From Octopus vulgaris (lineage: Eukaryota), in assembly GCA_951406725.2 (NCBI GenBank), contig OX597826.1, positions 65,782,001 through 65,846,000 of the forward strand: 64,000 bases of DNA, read 5' to 3'. The notes beneath the pieces were generated by a model, which worked only from the letters and a program-made list of their open reading frames with translations, had not been told where the DNA came from and ran no database searches. Of this stretch, positions 46,476 to 59,184 are shown one piece after another. How positions within the stretch are numbered: position 1 is the first letter of the stretch; every line of letters starts with the position of its first letter. The translations under genes and the position numbers were made by a program.

Positions 46476-47230
46476 GAATATTATGTGTCATATTGGTTTC
46501 AAATTTTGTCACAAAGCTAGCAGTTTTAAGGAAGGGGATAAGTTGATTACGTCGACCCCAGTGGCACTGGGATCCGAAAGGATGAAAAGCAAAGTCGACA
46601 TCGGCGGAATTCACAACTCAGAACGAAATACCATTGCTGCAAGTGTTTATCAACAAATATACATTAAGTATGTGATATTGATAATGTATGTGTATAAGTA
46701 TGTGTGTGTGTGTGGGGGGGTATTTGGGTGGGTGTCTGTGTGTGCAAAGATTAAATGCTGGCTTTAGGCATTCCTGTTCATAATTATAAACAATACGGAA
46801 ACAGGTACATCATCAAATTTTCTTCCTTTTAATTTTACAGTTGGTCATACAACATTATTATTTTGTTACAATGACCGACACGTGTTTCTGCAGCACAGTA
46901 CATGCAAGTGCTCACGAAACCCAGCATAATCTTCTGTGCACCTTCATTTAGGGTCCTTCAACAAGCGTGTTTCGCAGCGAATTGAGTTAATTTATTTATT
47001 TGTTGCTAGTTTAAGATACCGAGTGATGTGATGGGGGACATGTTGAAATCTGAATTGGCTATAAAGTTTACATCTAGGGTGACCTCTACTTAACACCAGT
47101 GCAGAGCGGAAAATAAGGTTTAATTTATGTTTAATTAGGCCAAATTGTATCTGAATACCGCATCTGCAAGCGCTTATCAACAAACTTACATTAAGTATGT
47201 GATATTGATATGTTTAGGTGTAATATACAC

Positions 47231-47318
<88 letters not shown>

Positions 47319-47331
47319 GCATATATGTCAT

Positions 47332-47407
47332 GTCACTCTTAGTGCTGCTGGTAACATGTGACCCTGTACAACCTGTCGAGTGGTCGGGTCGTCGGCGGCT
47401 AACCCGG
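47332..47407 (+). ncRNA. Decayed HDV-like ribozyme motif, copy 1 (5' end of a repeat)
   Basis: P1 gtcactc/gagtggt with a G-U first pair, L3-like acctg, ggg, P4 tcgtcggcgg, J4/2 CTAA. P2 is degraded. Confidence 0.45.
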
Positions 47408-47964
47408 CAACCCTACCAAGCCTGTCTGGTAAGGAGGGTGGCTTTCATTGGACAACCTGCAGGATGAACTCAGTAGAGTCAACAACCGTGCAACAGCCAG
47501 GAGTAAGAACCCTTATATTTTTTTTGTTTAGACAGCTCAATAGAAGGTGGAAAACTCTGATGTGATACCTGCATCCAAAAATGTAAACTAGTTCTGTTTG
47601 AAGAAATAAACCCTTTGCTTAGAGAATGAAATTGGCCATGTGAGAAGCCTTTCCTCAATTTAAAAGGCTTCAGGCACAGGTGTTGCTTGATTTTTAACAT
47701 CTCTATTATGTGTTGCGTAGCTGAAAATGCAAAACATTCAACGAAAAAATTCCATGATGAAATGAAGGCATATTATCTGAGTGAGCGGTGAGATCTGTGA
47801 ATACCTGCTACAGGTGGCGCCCATCGTTGCTTCATCAGTGCAACAGAGTAGAGGTCCATAACAGGACAGGGAAACCACATTTGCGCTGCACATGTTTAAG
47901 GGAGCAATTAAACGATGGTATTGCTTGAAATCGAGTTGCAGCTGTCATGTATGTATGTATGTCA

Positions 47965-48041
47965 GGTCGCTATTGGGTGCTACTGGTAACATGTAACCCA
48001 GTACAACCTGTTGCATGGACTGTCGTCGACAACTAGACTGG
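47965..48041 (+). ncRNA. Decayed HDV-like ribozyme motif, copy 2
   Basis: Perfect P2 ccagt/actgg, P3 aca/tgc, L3 acctgt, P4 tgtc/gaca, J4/2 CTAG. P1 is degraded. Confidence 0.45.
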
Positions 48042-48269
48042 CAACCCCATCAAGCTTGCTTGGTGAGGAGAGTGATTGTTGCACACTCTACAGGACGAAA
48101 AATAAGATCTGTCAACGAGCGGAAGAACTCATGAGCAGTCAGAGGCCATCCAACAATATGTGTACATGTGTATGTATGTAAGCATATATGTGTACGCAGG
48201 AACGTGGAAACACCTGGGTTAGTGTCCAGGCGCTCGGTTTGCCCACTGGAAGTGGGAGGCCCCTCTACT

Positions 48270-48422
48270 TATTTCTTTATTACCCACAAGGGGCTAAACA
48301 CAGAAGGGACAAACAAGGACAGACATAGGTATTAAGTCGATTATATCGACCCCAGTGCGTAACTGGTACTTAATTTATCGACCCCGAAAGGATGAAAGGC
48401 AAAGTCGACCTCGGCGGAATTT
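48270..48422 (-). mobile_element. 5'-truncated SINE family B with 14-bp TSD
   Basis: gaggcccctctact at 48256-48269 and 48423-48436. Confidence 0.92.
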
Positions 48423-48708
48423 GAGGCCCCTCTACTGTTACACAACATTTCTCTAGGAGAGGGAAACTCTGAGAGAAAAGCTGCAACACTGACAATATTC
48501 GATGGAATAGACTAGTTCTTCTTTTCGAGTTTATATTGTCAGAGAGTGGGATTGGATTTGTGCAAATCCTTTCTCTACTATAAAAAATCCTCATGTACAG
48601 GCATCACTTGAAAAGAAAAGTAAGACTTGTCACAAAAATGGCTGGTCGTAGCCTACGTATGTGTGAGACTTTCGATCAGGAGATGGCAATACTCGAACAC
48701 GTGTGTGT

Positions 48709-48787
<79 letters not shown>

Positions 48788-49032
48788 TGTGTGCGTGTGC
48801 GTGCGTATGTGTGTGTATGTGTATGTGTGTGAAGTTTCGAGCTACAGCTTCCAGGCCGTTAGGTTAAGCTAAATAAACTTTAACAAACGCATTAAGTATT
48901 TTTCACTAATTTAGTATATGCAAACTACGCAAATGCGTAGACTGCATCAGGAAAAAAGGGATTAAAAAATTCTAGCACTCAGTATTAAAAAAATTTGGTT
49001 AACAATATTAAAAAATTAGACACCAGTAAATG

Positions 49033-49066
<34 letters not shown>

Positions 49067-49275
49067 AAAGGATGTGTTATAATACTATTCCACATATACA
49101 AAAACAGCCATACCAACAATCCAACATACCTCCATCATCAACTGCCCCACGGATATCATTATAATTTCGACACCTGGACAGTACCATTCAATCCGGCGAT
49201 GTAAAAAACACTAATATAAGTGTTGTTTGGAAACAAACAAACCAAAGAAACCACAACTTTCAAACACATTTACCC

Positions 49276-49611
49276 TACTCTCTCCAGCGCCGCCGTGAGC
49301 GGTACACCATTTGTACAATGTGGAGAATATACCGCCAGCATTGCCCAAACGACCTGAACATTAGTTTCAAGGTTCATCCTAGGCTGGGACCACTGGCCAT
49401 ATGTCCCCTGCCCAATTCAGGATCACAGCATATAGGTACACTGCAACATAATTTCTTTTCCTCAACAGGCCCTGACCTGTTTAACATTGTCCCGAAAGAG
49501 ATCAGAGAGGAAAAGGATTCCAGAGAGGAAAAGGATCCCATCACCTTAAGTTAGACATGGCCTGGACCAATTTTGGGTCGAAACATATCTATGTTTATGT
49601 ACAGCCGTATC

Positions 49612-49642
<31 letters not shown>

Positions 49643-49965
49643 ACCGATACGGCTGTACATAAACTTAGATATGTTTCAACCCAAAATTGGTCCAGGCCAT
49701 GTCTAACTAAATATATATATATATATATATATATACCGATACGGCTGTACATAAACTTAGATATGTTTCAACCCAAAATTGGTCCAGGCCATGTCTAACT
49801 TAATAGCACCATCTGATAGGATTATCTAAATCCTGTTTAAGTCAAGTTTTGTTTATGGTCCCTTCAAGTAGTAAGTTCTTGTTGAGTGAGTTGTATCCAG
49901 ATATGGGTGGCTTATCCGGTATTCCTTGAAGAAATCTGTCCAGACTCCGTTTAAAGGTGATAGGA
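49276..49965. mobile_element. Rearranged CR1-type LINE 3' end (forward part plus inverted remainder, triplicated tail)
   Basis: The + strand reads YSLQRRRERY...GPDLFNIVP...PIT. The minus strand from 49965 continues PITFKRSLDRFLQGIPDKP. Confidence 0.85.
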
Positions 49966-49971
49966 TATATA

Positions 49972-50177
49972 CAGTAATCCCTCGCCATATTGCGGTTCAC
50001 CTATCGCGCACTCAGTACATTGCGGATTTTTCTGGCTAATATATGTAAATTTATATCGCGGACTCTTCACTATTTCCGAGTTTCTACGGCCGATAGGTAT
50101 TTATATTTTTTTTAGATTTTAATTATTTCTGTGGGAGGTTTCGGAACGTAACACCCGCGATAGCCGAGGGATTACTG
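49972..50177. mobile_element. Tigger/pogo-type MITE
   Basis: TIRs cagtaatccctcg / cgagggattactg with TA on the left; second copy at 61006-61226. Confidence 0.88.
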
Positions 50178-50184
50178 AATGTGT

Positions 50185-50253
<69 letters not shown>

Positions 50254-50259
50254 CGTGCG

Positions 50260-51108
50260 TGCGAAATGGTATCAAAACGTTCCTAGAGTTGTTCTTTAGC
50301 GTACCAAGAGATGGCAACACGCTGTTGCGTGTGTAGGACCTTCATGAGGAAGTGTGCTGAGTGACATCGCTGAGTTTACTCTGCAAGTTGTGAAATTTGT
50401 ATTTTTGTGTTCACGTGTGTGTTGTAGTCTGGAATTTTTGTCATGGAAAGGAAGCTGGAACAAAAACCCAACGTGAAATTTTGCGTTAAACTTGAGTAGT
50501 CTGATACAGAGACATTGAGCAAGCACGGGTGCTTCAATAGAGAAAATACTTCCCTAAAAGACGATGAGCGATCTGGAAGATCTGCCACGAGCGTCACCCC
50601 CGGAAATGTGTAGATAATTCCTTAACTTGTGCATGAGGATTGTCGGAGGACAATCAACAACGTTTTGAAGCGTTTGAAGAACATTCCGCGAAAGCGATCG
50701 GAACCGTGGAGCGCGAAGAACTGGATTCTTCACCTGCCACATTGCACCCTGTCCTCGAACACTTCTCGCTCGTGAGCTTCTCGACAAAAGCAACATTTTA
50801 TAGCTTCTGCACCCACTCTATTCACCATATTTAACACCTGTGGACTTCCATCTCTTCCCTAACATGAAAATGCAGATCTTAGATTGCCGTTTTAACATCG
50901 CTGTCGAAGGTCTAGAGCGAATCGCAGAAGTTCCTCAACTCACTTACGGAAAACCACTACCGGGCCAGATTTCAAAAGTGGCAGGAACGCTGGGGCTGGT
51001 GTATTGCTGCGCAAGGTGACTATTTCGAAGATGTTGTTAAAACTTAGGTAAATAAGTTATTTGTTATTAATCATAACTAGTCCAGGAACCTTTTGATCCC
51101 ACCTCGTA
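50260..51108 (+). mobile_element. Internally deleted mariner element with both TIRs
   Basis: N-terminal MERKLEQKPNVKFCVKL..S.TETL and a HPLYSPYLTP.DF motif. Imperfect ~30 bp TIRs, ending cctcg-TA. Confidence 0.88.
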
Positions 51109-54100
51109 TATATATGTATATATATCATTATTAACATATTTATAATCGTTTGCGAGGAGTAAGCGCATATCAATAATAGCATACTGTTGTCCCAGGAGAC
51201 GTTATTCGGCCATTTGTGTAACAGAATACAGCAGAGCCAACATTATACTCTTGCATACGCTATGAAATATTAATGATGTTTGTTTAAATATCATTCCACA
51301 CAGACTACGAAGCGCAAAATTGATCGAGTAAGAAAGAAAATAATTACAAAAGGAGAGTGAATATCAAAGGGGAGTAATCAATCAAATGACAAATTACATC
51401 GGGATAGAGTAAACCGAAAAATAGATTGAAATGTCCACTTTGCGGGAGAAAAACGACGCCATATTGGTTTCAGTGTATGAGGTTTCACTTCTGTCAAAAT
51501 GTCTTTGGTCATGTATCATTAGTAACATTGTAATAGGTATATATATTTTGTAATCATTATTCATTTCTGTTTTGGTTTATTTTACATAGTTTTATGCTGC
51601 TGAAGGTACTGCTGTTTTTGCCATTATTATTTCTTGGCACCTGATTAACCCTGATTCATCATACCTATTACCAAAGGCGTTTCATCCAAGATTATGCCAC
51701 CCTTCTAGATATAACACATCTTACATTACTTTGTCAAATATCTCTCACATTTCTAAGATGGCAGGATATTGTGAGAAGGAGATTTGGCTGCTATATCTAA
51801 CAGGACGAGAGATCGCTTAAACATTCTTTCGTTGGTACAGTAAAGCAGTTGTTGAGAAGAGTTAGAATGTAGAATTACTTTATTTCTACAAGAGCAATTT
51901 CAAGATGAATCGGTAGCAAGGGGAAATGATGGGCAAGATATACGGAAATGATTATTTTGACTTGCCAGAACCATGGTGGTATTTTAATCCGTCTTTGTCA
52001 ACTAACGAATACACTAGTCAGTTATTCAGTGCTCTTGTCTTGTTCTCAGAGAAAACTCCACCATGTTCATGGTACCTTGGTTTGTTAGGACATAGGAAGT
52101 CACAAATCTTTGTTAGAGACACATTATTACAATGAATAATCAAAGTGTCTACACTCTATAACTTGTGCCCGGCCAATATCTAGCCCGAATACCTAACTGT
52201 CGATGGCTCTGTCCTGTATACACAAATAGAAACAATAGAGAGGTAGAGACGTTGTAGTGAATTCGGTTTGTCTCAGGAGTTTTGTTGTTGGTTAATCTTT
52301 AAAAGCCTTCCCAGAAGATACTTTTGAATGCCCGCTGGACAGAAAATCAGTAATTAAAGAAATCATGTTTGACCCACTGTTTAATGATACAATTACTCGT
52401 CATTTTAATAATTTATCAGCTAAGTCGTCTTCAAATTTTTCATTTGCCCTACAAACGGACAAATCTACAGGTATTGCTGGATTTGCTGCTTTTTAAGTCT
52501 TTCTCCGATATCACTATCAACAAACAATAGAAAAATTACTTGCTCATAAGTGAGTATTTACCGAGCAATGAAAGTGGTGCTGCAATATTCAATTTACTTA
52601 ATAACTTCTTTGAACCTGACAGCTCATAGTGGAACAGTGGTACTTGAGTGTGCACTGTTGTAAAGTTTATGATATGAACAGCAACTGGCTCTAACACAGA
52701 TTAAAGTAATAGTACCAAAGTATTGAGTAATCATTGCATTCTGTACAGCCCTATAATAGTCTTTAAAATGCTAGTTCTGTTTTAAAAGCGTCCTTGAAAG
52801 GCGATGACGATATCAATTTTATTAAAACTAGACCGTTGAACGCAGTTATCCAGTGGTGATTCTTTTACTTGAGAGGTCATCTCATCAGATTTAATTATAG
52901 GAGAGAATTTCATTTGAAAAAATGGATTATCAGATAAAATTCAGTTGCTCTTGGTTCTTTTCTTTTACTTTTCATTGACTGTGGCCATGATGGAGCACCA
53001 CCTTTAGTCGAGCAAATCGACCCCAGGACAGACACACAAACATATGGCTGATATTTTTTTTCTAAAAAGGGTCAAATTAATCTTTTATTACAAAGAAAGC
53101 AAGTGACAGATTTTATTTTAACTGCTAAGGAAAAAAAGTCCAAACTTTCCAAAAACTATTTAGAACTTTGAGAACCTTAATCCAAAACCGTGACTCTGAC
53201 AATTTCGCAATTTTTAATGACATTTCCGGCGAATTAAGTGATAATATTAATGCAAATAATCTCTTAATGTTTTTGTGTGAAGAACTTTGCAGTTCAGTAG
53301 ATACTTTCCAAGTAAGAATATATAAAATTTAAAAAAATAAAACTTGGATTAGATATCTATTCAATGTTCAAGAAGCACTAACGAATTTAAGTCCAAAAAT
53401 TCCGTAATACTAATATAATTTAAAGACTGCTATTTTCTGAATTTTGGTGCAATATAAAATAAGAATACCCATAACTATCAGAAAATGCTATTAAAGTACT
53501 TATTACCTTCGCCACAATGTATTTTATGAAGCTGGATCTTCTGTATACACACGCACACATAAATAAACCAAATCCTCGTAACTGACTGAGTGCTGAGGAG
53601 AAATGAGAAACCAGCTGTCTACCATTAAACCAAACTTCAAAGGGATTTGTACAAAAAGGCAACAGAATCTCTCATCCTACTGATTTTCCTTTCATTTTCT
53701 TTCTCTTTTAGAACGTATTTTTAGAACTAAATATAGTTTCTGAAAACTTGTGATCGTTTATTTTTACTATAATCACCCGATTTACATAAAAACTTTTTAG
53801 GAGGACCGCACATACTTTTTGAGAACGTTGAAGGATGCACGAGGGAATCACTGCAGTACAATATATATCCTATGTGTGCGTGCATGTGTACGCGCGCGCG
53901 TCTATGCATAGTATATGCGTGTATATATATATATATATATATACACACACGCATACATACGCGTGCGCACGCACACACACATGTGAATGAATGATAAGTA
54001 TTACTATGTACGCACGTATGTATAATGGGAGATTCTTTCGTCAATTTCGATACATTAGTGCCTAAAAGCTCAATTACATAATGTATCTGTCTACACTGTG

Positions 54101-54600
54101 ACTCCGACCCATCTCTAGATTTACAAAGCCATATACCTTACATGGATGGATATGTTTGTGTATGTGTGTATGTGTGTGTGCGCGTATAATGTGGATGTGT
54201 GTGTGTGTGGGGGGGGTAACTGCGTGTATGCGTGTAACAGGTCCCTGCCTCAATTGAAACTGTTTTGTTAGTAAACATAAAACAGGACCTTCAGGTTGAG
54301 TGGTAACGTCATGAAAAATCTAACCAATGACAGTCTACAATTACACATAAAATTCGTCGACTGATGTTACTAGAAAGTTGTAACGAATCCAAGCTTTGAT
54401 TAAGCTAATCACAGCTTATAAAAAGAGTTGAGAACAACAGGCAGGGTATCAGACGAACATAATCACAGACAGCTGGACAAACAAAGGGCAGACACAATCA
54501 TGCGTTAAGCTAGGGTCAACCTCTAAACAAAAATGAGCAAAGGGAAATAATTCAGTGTCCAGCTTTATGAATTTGAACAATAAAGACAGACAAATACAAC

Positions 54601-54842
54601 GATTGCATCGCGAAAGAACATAAGTTAGCCAGTCAGAAACACCCCAAAACCGTCAACGTCTCCTTAACATTTATTTGTAATATGGTATCAAAATTCTGAT
54701 GTTTCAGAATTTTTTGTCAGTGAACAGGTCGTAGTTTCAAGCGACGGAAATTGTGATACCATATTAGAAATAAATGTTTAAGTGAAATTGACGGTGTTTG
54801 TGTGTTTCTGAATGGCTAATTTATGTTTTCCACGCTGCATTC
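54601..54842. repeat. Imperfect inverted repeat (~95 bp arms, ~45 bp spacer), MITE/foldback-like
   Basis: 54601-54698 matches the reverse complement of 54745-54842. Confidence 0.85.
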
Positions 54843-55245
54843 ACTTAAGTTTCAATACGCGATCTCAGATCAAAGCATTTGTTATGCAAGCGCATCTCTA
54901 TAATAGACAAATACAGTTATATTAACTATCAAGCAGAATAGATTCTCGATCTATTAAAATTATCTCCACTTCTCGACGATGCATCATAATTTCCGAGTGG
55001 CAACTAAGATCAACAAGAGTAGGGGAGATGAGTTCATGAATCAAGTATTCCCTCAGATTGGCATATCATTAGGGAAAAGGACAGACTTATTGTAGAGAGA
55101 CACGGACAGCCCATTGGCCGTGCTGACTTATTTACCCCTCGCTTATTTTTTTTATATTATACAAATTACCTAGTCCATAAATGTTTTCTACTCTTTATTC
55201 TATAAGTCTAAGTTCTTTGGCTATTGGAGATAAGGTCAGACAGTC

Positions 55246-55290
55246 GTCATTCTGATGATAGCAATACAGCCAGAAACATGTGTCCATGAC
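55246..55290 (+). ncRNA. Type I minimal hammerhead ribozyme, slightly decayed
   Basis: gtcat-t-CTGATGA-tagc..gcca-GAAAC-ATGT-GTC-c-atgac. The core is intact, with one mismatch each at the base of stem I and in stem II. Confidence 0.68.
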
Positions 55291-55920
55291 CGTCATCTTA
55301 TGTCCGGACAATGAGCCTGTCATTTTCCTTAATGGCATATCAACTTTGGAGAAATCTTGAGATTATCCCTTTCTCAAGTGGATCTAATCTTAATGTCTAT
55401 TTGGTAATTATGATACACTCTCTAGAGGTGGAAATAATCTTAATAAATTAACAATGTATGTTATATGCTTTTTGATAGACCTGTAGTTGTCTAAGTTCAG
55501 GATAAGTAGTTTATCAACAACTACGCAAGTCAGCACAGACATTCTGCAACACCCAAATGACCAAAATGCAACTCAGTTAAAATCCGGCCATTGTAGGCGG
55601 CACTCATACACGCTCTACCTCACCTCTCACTATGCCTCTCTTTCATCTATAACTGATTGTGCAAGGCGCCCAACTAAAATACTGAAGCAAGCACAACATT
55701 CTCTTGCAAAAACAGTCCACAACGTTAATCTCAATCTTCCAACTAAATTTCGTCATTTTCTTAGAACGGTCGTGTTTCATTTTCAGCTATTAAGAATAAA
55801 ACAAGAGATGAACTTAAATGATAGACTACATACTTGCTTCCCTTGTTATAAATGTTTTCACACACACACACACACATATTCATATATAAGGTTGAAAAGT
55901 AACACACGAGTTGATATGTA

Positions 55921-56428
55921 TAGGGAAAATAAAACAATAATTTTATCATGAAATACATTTTGTAACGTTTAGTACCAGTTTCAGTCTTTTCGACTTTTCC
56001 AACTGAGAGTAAAACAAGAGAAACAATTAGGTTGAAGAAAAAAATTAAATGAAATGTTTTGTAAATATTTCCATAGTCTTCAATTTGGTTCAGCACCCAT
56101 AAACACTATTGTTTTAGATCTGCTACTACTTACCGAGTCTTCCCAAAGGAAGAGAGACAGACAGACAGACAGAAAAAAAAGGAAAATGTCTAACCTATTT
56201 GAAGACTATACTCTTTTACTCTTTTATTTGTTTCAGTCATTTGACTGCGGTCATGCTGAAGCACCGCCTTTAATCGACCCCTGGACTTATTCTTTGTAAG
56301 CGTAGTACTTATTCTATGGGTCTCTTTTACCGAACCCCGCTAAGATACGGGGTCGTAAACACCCCAGCATCAGTTGTCAAGTGATGGTGGGGGACAAACA
56401 CAGACGCACAAACACATGCACACACATG

Positions 56429-56480
<52 letters not shown>

Positions 56481-56800
56481 TATATACGACGGGTTTCTTT
56501 CAGCTTCCGTCTGCCAAAATCCACTCACAAGGCTTTGATCGGCCCGAGGCTATAGTAGAAGGCACTTGCCGAAGGTGCCTCGCAATGGGACTGAACCTGG
56601 ACCATTTGGTTGGTAAGCAAACTACTTACCACACAGCCACACCTGCACCTATATGGGAGTACCTACAAAACATTTCATTTAATTTTTCAACTTAATTGTT
56701 TTTTCTTGTTTTACTCTCAGTTGAAAAAGTCGAAAAGACTGAAACTGGTACTAACCTTTCCAAAATTTATTTCATGATGAAATGCTTTTAGTATTTTCTA
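55921..56800. repeat. Long inverted repeat (~135-150 bp arms) enclosing a family A SINE (56210-56652, minus)
   Basis: 55941-56075 matches the reverse complement of 56652-56785. Confidence 0.85.
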
Positions 56801-57232
56801 ACTTGATTTTATATATATATATATATATATAATATTGCAGTTTCCGCGTGTATTTCATAATTTACAGTTGCTTCTTTCGGGATAGTTCCGTAAAAAAACA
56901 CCTCAATGAACGCAGTATTTACACAGCAGATATAGCAAGATAAGTAACTGTAGACATGTTTATAAACAAGATGCAAGATAAGATTAATCAACATGGAGGT
57001 AAAAACTTTATCGCTAGCTCCAAACTTCAATGTTTGTCATTTATACTCTATAAATAAGTTAATGGTAGATTTTCAGATTATTGGAACAAGAGATCATAAA
57101 GAAATTTCCCTGCTTCCAATTTTCAGATTGCTGTTGTTCATGGAAGTGCTTCCCAAAGATTAACGCTTGGATTATACTATCCCGATCGACCTGCTTTCTC
57201 TCTCTGCCTTTCTTTCTCTTTCTTTCCGATTC

Positions 57233-57295
<63 letters not shown>

Positions 57296-57430
57296 ATAAG
57301 TTCAGTAAAATTTAGATTAAGATGAATATGGTACTTAAGTTAAAGGCACCAGAATTTAATATGGTATTATCCATATAATTCAAAATGGGGTGATTATAAT
57401 CAAAATAAGCAACAAGGATATCCAGAGGTA

Positions 57431-57519
57431 ATGCAGTACGATCGTTTCATGCAACTCTATTTAATTGAACAATGCAATCATTACATCAATTTAAAATGCA
57501 GAGAAATCTTCAGCTGCAC
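57431..57519 (-). ncRNA. Type I hammerhead-like motif with extended stem II
   Basis: Minus strand: gtgcag-CTGAAGA-[58 nt]-GAAACGATCGTA-ctgcat, with the 8-nt palindrome ACGATCGT as stem III. Confidence 0.7.
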
Positions 57520-57522
57520 AAA

Positions 57523-57604
<82 letters not shown>

Positions 57605-57635
57605 TATACATATATATACATACATATATATATAT

Positions 57636-57675
<40 letters not shown>

Positions 57676-59184
57676 AAGGCATATATGAAGTAAAAGCAGA
57701 TTTCTTACTAGAACTACTGTACTATATATTTATTATTTGTGAAGATTACAAAGTAACATGTCAAGTCGGGGGTTCTCAACAATTTCTCGGGTAATGAGGA
57801 GAAAATGTTAAACGTTTCTGTTTATACAGCGTGTCATTATAATTCATTATTATTAAAAATCATCGTCATAATTGCTGTTATATTTTAAAAGCTGTAAACG
57901 TTGATGATCGTTCTCTAATGGAGAAGGAATAATGCATGATTTTAATATAACTAGGAGGATGTTTGTACAAACGGCAGGTTGCTAATTTTTGTGTAAATGT
58001 GTAAATTTAAATGCAATTTACGGTTTACCAGACGCTGAATGTGATACCTGAGAAATGACTCTGTTGTTAATCGTACCTGCTGCGGTCTTTAAGTCTAACT
58101 CTTCGAATATGTTGATGACATTTTTTCTCACAGCATCTATTCTTGTTCTAGGGAGAAACTGCACGTACGTACGTACGTACGTATGTATGCATGTATGTAT
58201 GTATGTATGCATGTATGTATGTATGTATGTATGTATGTATGTATGTATGTATGTATGTATGTATGTATGTATGTATGTATGTACGTATGTATGTATGTAT
58301 GTATGTACGTATGTATGTATGTATGTATGTATGTATGTATGTATGTGTGTATTTATGTATGTATGATGTGTGTTATGTATATGTGTGAGAGAGAGAGAGA
58401 GAGCGAGAGAAAATGACAAGGCACAATACAGCTTAGAAACTGCGTGTTCATCATGCTGCCATCGAGGTGACAGTATATAGGTGCAGTTGCTGAGAACGCA
58501 TCACTTCAGAGAGAGAGTAAAAAAATAAAGAAAACCATCATTTCTCACCGCCATCATTCTTCCATTAGCACATCTGTATCACTACTGCCATCACTCAAGT
58601 ACATCACTGCCGCTTCCACCACCACTACCACCACCACTACCAATTCCACCACCATCACCATCACTGCCGCTCCTGTATAACAAGACACCAACCTTATGTA
58701 AAATACCTCGTGCTAAATACTGACTTATGTAAGTTAGGTAAAGATTATTCATAGACATTGTAAAGATGCAACAGATTAGATTGAAGAAAAATAAAAATAA
58801 AAATAAAAACAGAGAAAGAAAAAAGAAAAGAGAGAAAAAAAGAAGTGTGAAAGAATGGAATTTTTTCTTTAAAAAAAACAGACGTTCGCAGTTGCACATC
58901 GTTTTAAACATAAACCGTCTTTTGTTCAGGTGAAGATGCTAAAGGATAAAATTCTTGGACTTTTGCTTTTCGCTTTTTATTTATTTGTTTATTCGCATTT
59001 CCACACCCAGTTTTGTTTGACTAGATTTGAAGCCAACTGATTGAGGATAAAATTCTTTGATACAACGGAGGTGTCTGATGTTGTTATTCTTTAATATCTG
59101 AACCAGAGGAATAAGAGTAGCACCTATGACACTTTTTTCAGCCTTCGAAATTGGTGAGAAAGGAAAGATAAGATCACCTCCGGC

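Noticed and set aside
47826-47850. Minus-strand CTGATGA (also at ~21102, ~52884 and ~60801)
   Set aside because: No suitably placed GAAA-stem III-UH together with a complementary stem I.
49548-49600. gacc/ggtc hairpin followed by GAAAC as a hammerhead
   Set aside because: There is no CUGANGA upstream; it is better explained as the CR1 3' UTR stem-loop.
51850-52600. ORF 51926-52135 as a gene, or an ancient BEL/Pao RNase H remnant
   Set aside because: Only faint motif resemblance (IFVRD), so neither call is supportable.
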